Below are positions 46,769-56,400 of a stretch of DNA of 64,000 nt, piece by piece. The position numbers and the translations under genes were made by a program. Positions within the stretch are counted from its first letter, which is position 1, and each line of letters opens with the position of its first letter. The notes beneath the pieces were generated by a model. It was not told where the DNA came from. It did no database searches and saw only the letters and a program-made list of their open reading frames with translations. The stretch is from NCBI GenBank assembly GCA_965369655.1, contig CBDUQR010000010.1, positions 8,757 to 72,756 of the forward strand, written 5' to 3'. The DNA is from an uncultured bacterium. GTDB lineage: Bacteria > Zixibacteria > MSB-5A5 > JAABVY01 > JAHJOQ01.

Positions 46769-47812
46769 TTATGACGAATAGGTCATCGCAACCGGCTGAT
46801 CGCCCTTTGCGATTTTTCCAATCTCAAACGGCCTGACGGTGAAGCTGTCGTCCGACAGCAGTCGACCGGCGCTCTCGGGATCGAGCACTGCGACAAGGCC
46901 GATCCCCATATTGAAAACACGGTACATCTCCTCGGTCTCGACATTGCTCAGCTTCCGCATGATAGAAAATACCTGCGGGATGCTCTGACTGCCGACTTCG
47001 ACCTGCGCGCATAACCCGTCCGGGATGATCCGATTCAGGTTGCCGGGAATACCGCCGCCGGTGATGTGAGCGATTCCCCTCACGCCATGCGCCTTGAGCT
47101 TCCCGATCTCTTCGAGGTAGCAGTAATGCGGCATGAGCAGTTCCTCGCCGAGCGTGCGACCGAATTCATCGACTTTTCGCGCGACGTCCCATTTCGCAAT
47201 GTCGAAGAAAATCTTTCTCGCGAGCGAATAGCCGTTGGTGTGTAAGCCGACCGATGGGAAGCCGACCACGATGTCCCCTTCGGCGATCTTCGAGCCGTCG
47301 ATCACACCATCTGATGCGACCACTCCGACTATGAAGCCTGCGAGGTCGTACTCGCCTTTCCTGTAGAACTCTGGCATCTCTGCGGTCTCACCCCCTACGA
47401 GGGCGACTCCCGACTTGAGGCATGCAGTGGCGAAACCCTTTACGATCTCTTCCACCACATTAGGATCGAGATACCCGGTGCTGATATAGTCGAGGAAAAA
47501 CAGCGGCTGAGCGCCACAGACCGCGATGTCATTGACACAGTGATTGACCAGATCCGCCCCGACCGAATTATGTATACCGGTCATAAACGCGATTTTCAAC
47601 TTGGTACCGACGCCGTCACAACTCGAAACCAGGATCGGGTCTTTCACCGATTCCAGATCGAGCTTGAACGCGCCGCCGAATCCGCCGAACTTGCCGATGA
47701 CGTTCTGGTTGAACGTCGCCGCAGCCAGCGATTTGATCTTCTCGGTCGCAAGGTCTGAGCGGCCAAGATCAACGCCGGCGGAACTGTAATCGACACGCTT
47801 TGAATCAGCCAT
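46769..47812 (-). CDS. purM: Phosphoribosylaminoimidazole synthetase
   Basis: DGVGTK, GGETAEMP, GLHTNGYSL, AHITGGG, FNMGIG. Confidence 0.96.
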   Translation of the reverse strand: MADSKRVDYSSAGVDLGRSDLATEKIKSLAAATFNQNVIGKFGGFGGAFKLDLESVKDPILVSSCDGVGTKLKIAFMTGIHNSVGADLVNHCVNDIAVCGAQPLFFLDYISTGYLDPNVVEEIVKGFATACLKSGVALVGGETAEMPEFYRKGEYDLAGFIVGVVASDGVIDGSKIAEGDIVVGFPSVGLHTNGYSLARKIFFDIAKWDVARKVDEFGRTLGEELLMPHYCYLEEIGKLKAHGVRGIAHITGGGIPGNLNRIIPDGLCAQVEVGSQSIPQVFSIMRKLSNVETEEMYRVFNMGIGLVAVLDPESAGRLLSDDSFTVRPFEIGKIAKGDQPVAMTYSS

Positions 47813-47901
47813 GATGAGCTAAGCTATGCGGTATCCCCCCTATAGTCAACACGTAAATGGGAGACACTTTGCGTGGACGGCAGATGTGAAGAAGTATCCG
47901 A

Positions 47902-48657
47902 TCAACTCTGGAATCCCAGAAGCAGGATTGCTGAGACGACCACGACAACTATCAGCACCCAGCGAACGAATACTGCGCCTCGTTTCACTGCCATCCTCGA
48001 AGCGACCCATGCGCCCGACATGTTTCCAACCGCGAGCACGAGCCCGACCGACCAGCGGACCTGATCGTTGAGAAAGAAGACAACGAGTGCGAATACCGTG
48101 AAACAGAGGACTATCAGGAGTTTCACTGCGTTGGCGCGGACCAGATCGTATCCGGCTCCGAGCACCAACCCTGCGAGAAGGAATATCCCCACGCCCGCCT
48201 GTATGAAACCGCCATAGAGGCCGATCGCAAAGAAAATCAGATATTGAACCCAGCCTGGATTTCGGTCGAGCCTTTCCGGCATGCTCGCAAACCATCGCTT
48301 CGGCCTGACAATCAGCACTATCAACATCACAACCATCAGGCCCCCGATAATCCGGCGCATAACGATCTCGTCCAGGTCTGCGGCAATCTGCGCGCCGATC
48401 ACAGCGCCGATCACTGCCGGAACGGCAAGAATCAGACCTCTGCGGAAGCTAAGCACTTTCTGCTGCCGGAAACTCCCGACGGCGACGACATTCTGCAGCA
48501 GAATCGCCACACGATTCGTACCGTTCGCGATGTTTGCTGGGAGGCCTGCAAAGATCAGAAGAGGGAGCGTTACAAGAGAGCCGCTCCCCGCGAGCGTGTT
48601 GATGAAACCTGCGAGGAAACCTGCTGCAATTACTGCCGGATAAAGATACCAGTCCAA
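47902..48657 (-). CDS. TauE/SafE (TSUP) family membrane transporter
   Basis: AGFINTLAGSGSLVTLP, ANGTN, GLYGGF. Confidence 0.9.
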   Translation of the reverse strand: MDWYLYPAVIAAGFLAGFINTLAGSGSLVTLPLLIFAGLPANIANGTNRVAILLQNVVAVGSFRQQKVLSFRRGLILAVPAVIGAVIGAQIAADLDEIVMRRIIGGLMVVMLIVLIVRPKRWFASMPERLDRNPGWVQYLIFFAIGLYGGFIQAGVGIFLLAGLVLGAGYDLVRANAVKLLIVLCFTVFALVVFFLNDQVRWSVGLVLAVGNMSGAWVASRMAVKRGAVFVRWVLIVVVVVSAILLLGFQS

Positions 48658-48771
48658 ACGCTATCTCCGCTGGCGGTTTGAAATGTCAGAGCACGATACG
48701 ACTCGCCTGTGGTAAAGGCAACCAAATCCGAGTGGGATTGATGCATCAAACATTGCCATTGTGCGGCAGGA

Positions 48772-48800
48772 TACTGTGGGCTGCAGACGAGGACGTCTGC
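48772..48800. repeat. GTGG-type REP copy
   Basis: TACTGTGGGCTGCAGAC-GAGGAC-GTCTGC; same family and same TACT flank as the copies at 644 and 848. Confidence 0.65.
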
Positions 48801-48852
48801 TAACATAGCACAGGTCGCGATTATCTATGCAACTGGCCGCATGTCGTATCAA

Positions 48853-49722
48853 TCACTGCGGTTCGATAAGAATAACTTTGGCAATATCGATAGAATTGAC
48901 GCCAGCTTTCTCTGCTATTTTCTTCAATGTCTCATCCTGATCAGCTTCAATCCCATTGGCAGAAAGCCTGCTCAGAGCGGTCTCGACATTCATACCTGAT
49001 GATTCACAGAATGTACTGAGGGACCTGTTGCCCAGCCCTGTCCCGGCCAGTTTCGCTTCGATATCCTCCGGACTCATAGAAGCTGCCTCGGCTGAATCCA
49101 ATTTCGGCTCGAATTTCTTGATGAACGAATAGAGTTCCATCGGTGCAATCCCATTCTGTATCGAAATCTCTTCGAGCGTCATCGTCGAATCGTCGACCTG
49201 AATTCCATTTGATCTGAGTTCCGCGAGAGCCGCTTCGAGATCAATATCCATCTTTCTCGAAAATCCAATCAGCGAGACATCCTCAGCGTGTCCGAACGGC
49301 GGTTCGTGCTCTTCAGTGACTACCCACTGTTCCTTGATGAATTCGTTGAAATTAAGCAGATAACTCAGCGGCGGTATCTGATAGAGTGCGCTGATGACGA
49401 CAAATACCGAGACAACTGTACTGATAACGAGCTCCCGCTTCAGACGGACGCCTTTCGTGACCTTGTTCATCAGGTAATGCATCAGCGGTTTCCAGTTGAA
49501 GTAGATGTGGAAAGCACCTGCTACGATGAACAGGATGCTCGACAGGATATGGATACTTCCCCAATCAGTTTTGGACAGGCCGATCAGATCCCAGAATGTC
49601 CAGTACGCGATTCTCCCCTCTGGGACAATGTAGAGGATCAATCCGGTTATCGACATGACCAGAAAACCGAACAGTGTGAAGAATGATGTCATGCCTCTGT
49701 ATTGAATTCCGTTCTTTTTCAT
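48853..49722 (-). CDS. DUF4405-type membrane protein (cytochrome b-like His pair) with soluble C-terminal domain
   Basis: ITGLILY, WGSIH, HIYFNWK; three TM segments. Confidence 0.7.
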   Translation of the reverse strand: MKKNGIQYRGMTSFFTLFGFLVMSITGLILYIVPEGRIAYWTFWDLIGLSKTDWGSIHILSSILFIVAGAFHIYFNWKPLMHYLMNKVTKGVRLKRELVISTVVSVFVVISALYQIPPLSYLLNFNEFIKEQWVVTEEHEPPFGHAEDVSLIGFSRKMDIDLEAALAELRSNGIQVDDSTMTLEEISIQNGIAPMELYSFIKKFEPKLDSAEAASMSPEDIEAKLAGTGLGNRSLSTFCESSGMNVETALSRLSANGIEADQDETLKKIAEKAGVNSIDIAKVILIEPQ

Positions 49723-49866
49723 TGATGCTCCTATGGCTACGCATTCATGTTATTACTAAGACACGGAACCGCTCCAGAACATGCAAGTTTTCTTGCAATA
49801 TTCCGATGGAAATCGAGCCGTATCAACTACCATTCCAGAGGGGACGCTGTGGGCGACAGGCTCGTC

Positions 49867-49954
49867 ATTCCTGCTATAGGGCTTGTTAAGAACCCCTCGC
49901 CAGTTAGTAGTTAGTAGCTCATGCCCACTCGGGGCATGAGTCTTTTTCAGAGAC
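49867..49954. repeat. Left direct repeat (88 bp) flanking the HDOD gene; contains a GTAG-type REP hairpin
   Basis: ATTCCTGCTATAGGGCTTGTTAAGAACCCCTCGCCAGTTAGTAGTTAGTAGCTCATGCCCACTCGGGGCATGAGTCTTTTTCAGAGAC. Confidence 0.92.
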
Positions 49955-50181
49955 TAACTCCGCTGGTCATGTGATACCCGAAACACGACACGACACACAT
50001 GCGTCAGAGACAACCAAAACCGTGCAGAGACAGTGGGGGCGAGTCTGCTAATCGAGAATGTGTCATTGCGAAACACCGGCCAGCTAATCCAGAACAATGT
50101 CAAAGAAACATAGCAGACAGAATCAATCTTGGGCTGTGTTTCCCGATATAGCCAATACAGGTTCAATTCAGCAGGGAATGC

Positions 50182-51516
50182 ATGGACAGGATTTCAATAG
50201 TAGACGAGTTAGCATCTAAAGGCAAGCTCTTATCCCTTCCGCAAGTGCTCTCGGAGCTGCTTGAGGAGACTAACAAAGAGGATTTCTCATCGAAAAAACT
50301 CTGCGAGATAATCCTCAAAGATCCATCGCTTGCCAGTAAGATTCTACAGCTTGCCAACTCCGCGTTCTATGCGCGTCCAAGAGAGGTGTCCAGCATAAAC
50401 CAGGCCATCTCCATTCTTGGTATCACTACAGTCAAGTGCTTTGCTCTGGCAACATCCATATTTCACCCCGAGCGAATTGCATCAACAACGGGGCTGGATG
50501 CTCGTGAACTGTTTGCGTATGTCATGACTCTGGCGTCAACTGCAGAAAAAATCGCACACGTTGCCTGTCCAGAGCACACGGAAGAAGCATTTATCGCAGG
50601 ACTCCTGGCAGATGCAGGCATCATATACCTTGTTCAGCATTATCCTGACGAATACAGGGAAGTCGTGAGCAGAGTTCACAAGGGCGCCGAAATCAGCGGA
50701 GTCGAACGAGATGTGATTGGCATGGACCACAGTGAACTGGGGCTCCACCTGACAAAGTCCTGGCGCCTTCCAGCATCAATCACAAGTGCTGTGGGAAGTC
50801 ACCATGAGGTCTACTCAATCACTGAGGACGAAGACCTGTCAAATGTTGTCAAACTTGCCGCGCTGTTGACCCGTGACAGTCTGCACCAGCACGAGTGCGA
50901 ACAGGAAAAGAGACTCCAGACCATAGAGCAACTGACTGAACTGCTCGGAATCGACCGCGAACTGGTCAGTTCCCTGGCCAAAGACTCGCTGTTCGGAGCC
51001 ATTGAATTAGCCAGGAATCTTGGCATCGACATTGGCGATGCCGAAGGTCTGCTGGGCAGGGCTAACCAGGAGATATGGAGATCATACGAAGTAATTCAGC
51101 GCCTATACAAGGAACGTGAAGAGCTGGCAGCGAAATTGTTGCAGCAGGAGCGTCGCAAGGCGGCTGATGCGGCAAGAAATGTGGCCTTAGCTACGTTATC
51201 TCACTATCTGAACAACGCGCTCTGCATCATCTCGGGGAGAGTGCAGATCATGAGTATGCTGCGCAATCAGGGCAAAATAGAGAAACTGGTTGCGGAGACC
51301 GACACAACTAAACAGCATGTCTGCAATGCAATCCAGAGGGTGCTGGCTGTCATGCGCGAAATGAGAGAAATCTCGGCTTTCGAGGAAATCGACCACTTTG
51401 AGGAGTCCGATGCACTCAACATTGATGATCGGATTAAGCGACGTCTGGAAAAAATGCAGAACGAACCAGACTATCTACTACCAGTCGGCAGACGACCAGA
51501 GACATACTCAGACTGA
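50182..51516 (+). CDS. HDOD-domain signalling protein with a C-terminal HisKA-like helix
   Basis: LSLPQV, DPSLASKILQLANSAFY, AFIAGLL.D.G, DHSELG..W.LP..HH; C-terminal LSHYLNNAL. Confidence 0.88.
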   Translation: MDRISIVDELASKGKLLSLPQVLSELLEETNKEDFSSKKLCEIILKDPSLASKILQLANSAFYARPREVSSINQAISILGITTVKCFALATSIFHPERIASTTGLDARELFAYVMTLASTAEKIAHVACPEHTEEAFIAGLLADAGIIYLVQHYPDEYREVVSRVHKGAEISGVERDVIGMDHSELGLHLTKSWRLPASITSAVGSHHEVYSITEDEDLSNVVKLAALLTRDSLHQHECEQEKRLQTIEQLTELLGIDRELVSSLAKDSLFGAIELARNLGIDIGDAEGLLGRANQEIWRSYEVIQRLYKEREELAAKLLQQERRKAADAARNVALATLSHYLNNALCIISGRVQIMSMLRNQGKIEKLVAETDTTKQHVCNAIQRVLAVMREMREISAFEEIDHFEESDALNIDDRIKRRLEKMQNEPDYLLPVGRRPETYSD

Positions 51517-51597
51517 ATTCCTGCTATAGGGCTTGTTAAGAACCCCTCGCCAGTTAGTAGCTCATGCCCACTCGGGGCATGAGTCTTTTTCAGAGAC
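51517..51597. repeat. Right direct repeat (81 bp) flanking the HDOD gene
   Basis: Identical to 49867-49954 except for one fewer TTAGTAG unit; begins directly after the HDOD stop codon. Confidence 0.92.
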
Positions 51598-51598
51598 C

Positions 51599-51625
51599 GT
51601 CACGCCTCAAGCAGGCGTGACCTAC
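51599..51625 (-). repeat. GTAG-type REP
   Basis: Minus strand GTAG-GTCACGCCT-GCTTG-AGGCGTGAC. Confidence 0.75.
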
Positions 51626-51825
51626 AAGACTTCGAATGCGAAAATGTGAATCGCTGCTATGTCCTGCATTTGAATCTCACGCTTCACCAGTACGGTCCTG
51701 ATTCGATCCAGGGGAACAGATATCGATAATTGACCCGCAGGAGTGAGTCAGACCGATTTCGTCGTCAATGCCTTTGATTGAATTATGGGTGGGCATCTGC
51801 CGGATACAACTCGAGAAAAGAAATA

Positions 51826-51869
51826 TCAAGTCTCTCCGCTCGCTTCGCGAACTCTGAGATTTGACCTAC
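51826..51869 (-). repeat. GTAG-type REP (long-loop variant)
   Basis: Minus strand GTAG-GTCAAATCTC...GAGACTTGA with an inner hairpin. Confidence 0.6.
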
Positions 51870-51926
51870 CCAACTGCCTATAGTCAAAGACAAATACAAT
51901 ATTGCTCTCCTGGCGCACCCCAGCGG

Positions 51927-51963
51927 AACAAGAGAAGACCCGACCTGCAAAGCGGGCCGGGTC
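51927..51963 (-). terminator. Intrinsic terminator after the beta-barrel gene
   Basis: Minus strand GACCCGGCCCGC-TTT-GCAGGTCGGGTC-TTCTCTTGTT. Confidence 0.6.
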
Positions 51964-52010
51964 AACATTCTTCCATACTTACCATGCACGTTTACTGTGC
52001 GCCGGAATAT

Positions 52011-52556
52011 CTATTCCCATCTAAAGAAAGCGAAATTCGCCATTACACCAAATGTATTTGAGCTGACCGATTCCATGGTCTCGAACTGATAGAATGCTGT
52101 TAACCCAAGACCAGTTGACCGCGTTACCATGAGGAGGATTCCGCCTTCGACGTTGAAAAGAGAACCTGTGGAACTGTTTCCGTTCGAAGCGCCGATAAGC
52201 GTGAAGGTGCCACCAATTAGTGGGTAAACCGCGCCAGGCAGAGGTTTCTCCTGATTTGCTCCGAAGAAATAGGCGGCTTTTGGACCTATACCCCAAGCGG
52301 TATATGTGTCATCTCCGAAAGAAATCGACTGGAAGAGGAGATTGCCGCCCAACATAAACCCAGGCGCGAGAAACGTACCGATTCCCCCATTGAAGTTAAT
52401 CGTGGTCAGCCGATCATCAACATCTTCAATTCCCCCGCTTGAGAAAGAAACAGAGCCATCGAACATCAGGCTTCCTTTGTCAACCGGTGATGACTGACCA
52501 GCGACATTGCCAACCAGCAGTAAAAAGAGCCCGAGCGATAGAATAGTCTTTTTCAT
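52011..52556 (-). CDS. Small outer-membrane beta-barrel protein
   Basis: GGAGG then MKKTILSLGLFLLLVGNVAG signal peptide; alternating amphipathic strands; aromatic C-terminal strand. Confidence 0.8.
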   Translation of the reverse strand: MKKTILSLGLFLLLVGNVAGQSSPVDKGSLMFDGSVSFSSGGIEDVDDRLTTINFNGGIGTFLAPGFMLGGNLLFQSISFGDDTYTAWGIGPKAAYFFGANQEKPLPGAVYPLIGGTFTLIGASNGNSSTGSLFNVEGGILLMVTRSTGLGLTAFYQFETMESVSSNTFGVMANFAFFRWE

Positions 52557-53064
52557 TGTATTACCTCCATGAATGTGACTTAGGATAATCCCGAAATGCA
52601 TACTTCCTCCTTATAGTGAATTTGCGCTTAAGACCAATTGTGCCGCAATAATATTTGCTGTTGTATGGCATGTCAAGGCTTTAATTGGCATTCCTTCCAT
52701 CTTGTCGTGACACACTCTACAGACACAGATGGGGGAGTCGCTACAGGTCAGGCCCACTTGGAGCCTGACAAGTCTGGCGCATCACGCCCTCCTTTGTCAA
52801 ACTCAGAACGGGCCCTTCGCAAGGTTCATGACGCATAATCTGAGACCTAATCCCAATCCCTAAGCCTCAAAGCCTCTATACTGGCTGCCCCACTGCCGAT
52901 AATATACAAATGGATGTGACCGATAATAGACTTGAACAAAGATATTTGCGAATCGGCTCAGGAGTTTTCAATCTGGAGGGATTGGATGTTGAGCGCGTGG
53001 TGAGAATTCGGAAACAACGACCGGAGAAGATAGTCTGAGATAACTTGTGAGCAAGAGAAAAACC

Positions 53065-53093
53065 TTGACAAACGTCTGAACATTTGCTATCCT
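53065..53093 (+). promoter_or_regulatory. Sigma70-type promoter for the dockerin-tailed protein gene
   Basis: TTGACA-N17-TATCCT with extended TGn. Confidence 0.6.
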
Positions 53094-53458
53094 GTTTATG
53101 ATTATTAGGTTAGTAAGCCAAGTTGACGTTCCTATCTGTTACTGTTCTTGCTTGCTAAGGAGTGCCTTAGTCAGGCGGTTGGCTTGTGGAAAGTGGCAAT
53201 CCTGCCCGGTTTGCCAGCGAGTCAATTGTGGCTGAGTTGTTGCTCTGGATAATGCTCAACAGATTTCGACACGTAAGAATTTGGAATGAGATTAACAGAA
53301 GTGTTTGACCCCTTAGTTGTGGGAAGGAGGGATTTCACGGGAAGACATCTGATTTGTGAATTTCTTTCACATCAGTTCGAAGCAGATTAGTAATCTTTTG
53401 ACCCGTTTTGTCGTATGTGCGGCAAAGCCCAAAGCTACCGTATTGAGAGGAGCGAGAA

Positions 53459-56400
53459 ATGCCAAGAAAGACTTTAATTCTCTTTGTTCTCTCCGCATTC
53501 ATCTTGACCGTAATGGTCAGTTCAGCGCTCGCAGGAGTGAAATCCGAGAAGCAGCGCGTAAGTAAGTTGATCACCGGCTTTGAAGAGAGTAACGGAGAGT
53601 TCGTTCATAGCGCCTATTATGGTCCGTCCGCTTCACCTGGCCGGACAATGGGTACTACATATTATGATTACCAGCATAACGGTTCCATGGGGCGACAGGT
53701 ATCCTACATGCCAGGTACCCAGTGGCTGCATTTCGTCTGGATGAAGGGGCATTCACCTACGTCCGATACTGCTCGGAAGATCGCGTACAACGCACTGAAT
53801 CTTCAAGTCAACGCCTGGGCGCACAATTTCGGAGCGGAGGGCGGTAAGATATTTCCAGAGGGTCTTCCCGGCGAAGACATCGGTGGTTATACGGGTTGTG
53901 ACGTCAGGTCGGACGGTGGAGTCGTTATAGCTTATCACGGCGGTCCCGATGAGACGAATTACGGCTCGCGCGCAGGTTATGATACATACATACCGAACGC
54001 TTACATTGTTTTCGGAGCCGCGCCTTTACCACCGAACTGTGAAAACGTAATCACCGGTAAGTATGAAATCGACAGCAAGTACATTTGGCCGATTGTGGAC
54101 TGGTCGGATTCATCCGGCACAAGCATCATCCATATGATTGCTATGGAATCTCAACAGGTCGTCGAGAACATTCAATCCATGATCTACTACCGTCAGGAAG
54201 CCAATGGCTCCTGGGGGACCTGCGGTAATTTCATTGATTCCATCTACAGCTTAACCCCTGTGGTTCGTGTAGACCCCACCGACCACAGTCACATGGCCAT
54301 AGTCTACGGTAAGCCAATCTACTACGATGGTGATCCTAACGACCCATGCGGCTGGACGCAGTGGCAGAACGATGTCGTCTACGTCGAGTCTTTCGACTAT
54401 GGCAAGAGCTGGAGCGGCATTATAAACGTCACCGATTACAGCGAGGGTGGAACGGTAGACATCAGCACTCTGGTCAATGGCCTTTGCTACACCGACCTCA
54501 GCGCCATGTTCGACACTGGCGGCAAGCTGCACATTGTGTGGAACACTGCCATGCGCAACGTAGCCGGTGGCGAGGGCTGTGACCCTGATCCGGCCACGTC
54601 CAGAATCTGGCACTGGGATGACGGCCTCGGCGCATGCATCACGATCGTCTATGATGCGGCCACTCCGAGTAGAGACTTGGATCCGGGTGCGTTCAACCTG
54701 TCGGCCTCCAAGCCGAACATATCAGAGTGTGACGACAAGTTCTATGTTTCGTTCACCAGATTCGGCGCTTTGGCCGACGGCGACTATAACCTGGATAATT
54801 CTGAGGGCGGCCAGGCGAACGGTGAGATATTCCTGACCGGTTCCACGAACGGTGGCGTCACCTGGGGTGAGGCGATCAACCTGACAAACTCGCCGACGCC
54901 CGACTGCCTTTCGGGAGAATGCGATAGTGACCACTGGTCGTCCATGGCAATGTACTCGAGCGACTCGGTCCACATTCAGTACATCAATGACACAGACGCC
55001 GGCGGCAGCGTCCAGGGTGAGGGCGCCGTGACCGAAAGCCCGGTTAAATACCTCTCGCACCCCTGCTTCATTCCGGAGGGGTATTGTAAAGTTGGGCACA
55101 CTCCCACCTCGATCGGTTACCCGATGCATATCGCGCCGGACGACTTGTCGACTGGCTGTACAGCGAGCACCGACACAACGTTTATTATTATGCTGACCAA
55201 CACCGGCAACGAGGACACAGACTATGCCATCTCCGAGTCCTCCGACCCCGACAACATCATAACTGAGATCAGTACTTCTTCAGGCCCTTTGCCAGCAGGC
55301 TGCGGCAACACGGTCGAAATCGAGATTACGCTCGGTCCGGTCGCTGATTCAGGAGTCTATTACGCTGACATCACTATCGCAACATGCACAGGACGGGATA
55401 TTGTGACTATCCCCGTGCAGTTGTACGTTCAGTGTAAATTCTTCGTCCCCGAGAAAAAGATTCTCGAGACCAATTGCTGGGCGGTCGCCGTCTGGAATGT
55501 TCCGAGAGCCGGACTCGCTCAGAGAGGTGATGAAGGCAACATGTGGTGGGAAAGCGTCGATGAGTACTTCATGTACGACAACGGTCTGATCCTTACCTAC
55601 GCAGACGATCACTCGAACACTACATTTTCCGTGTTCGACGGCTCAAATTCAGATCGCGAATTCCGCGCACTCAGTTTGTGTAGCACATACACAGCAGCTA
55701 CTTATCAGTACGCTTACGGTGTGTTTACGACACAGGATACTGCGATCACAGGCGAGGTTGAGTTCTACATCCCGACTAATTCCGATACGTGCGTCCTGAT
55801 TGAACGCATCAAAGTCACCAACAAATCTGATGCTCAGATCACGATTCATATAGGCGAAGGCATCGACTGGGATATCCCGGCGAGCGATCAGAACCACGGA
55901 AATATCGACGAGAGCAGAAACATGGTGTACCAGTATGGCGTCGATCCGGATTACGCAAGCTACCACGGCGGCGCTTCGATATGGCACGACATACCTGGTG
56001 CTGCGATTATGCAGAATGATATCTGGGTATATCCGAACAGCGGTTATGATCCGGAAGAAATCGGCGACTTCCTTGCAACGCACACGGGCTTTGTGAACTG
56101 GGAGAACGCAGATCCGGATTCCGCTGAAGATCTGAACTGTGCCTATGTGATTGCTCGGAACGTAGTTCTTGATGTGGATTCCTCCTACTTCTTCTGCAAA
56201 GTCAAGGCCTCGTCCATTACCGGCCTTACTGACCTGCAGGATCAGATCGACATGGGCATGGCATGGATCGAAAGACACGAGATCGAATGCCAATGCGGTA
56301 GCAGCGGCCCCGACTGCGTGGCTGGCGATGCTAACGGTTCTGGTGGTGTCGATATCGATGACGTAGTCTATCTGATCAACTACATCTTCGGTGGCGGACC

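Noticed and set aside
49867-51597. Integron attC sites
   Set aside because: No RYYYAAC...GTTRRRY core pair framing a single long hairpin, and no integrase in the window.
53354-53372. Rex or CRP site TTGTGAA-N5-TTCACAT
   Set aside because: Spacing is one base too long for either consensus; better explained as an RNA hairpin in the leader.
53400-53445. c-di-GMP-I riboswitch (GGCAAAGCCCAAAGC)
   Set aside because: Lacks the GNRA-capped P2 stem and the receptor arrangement.
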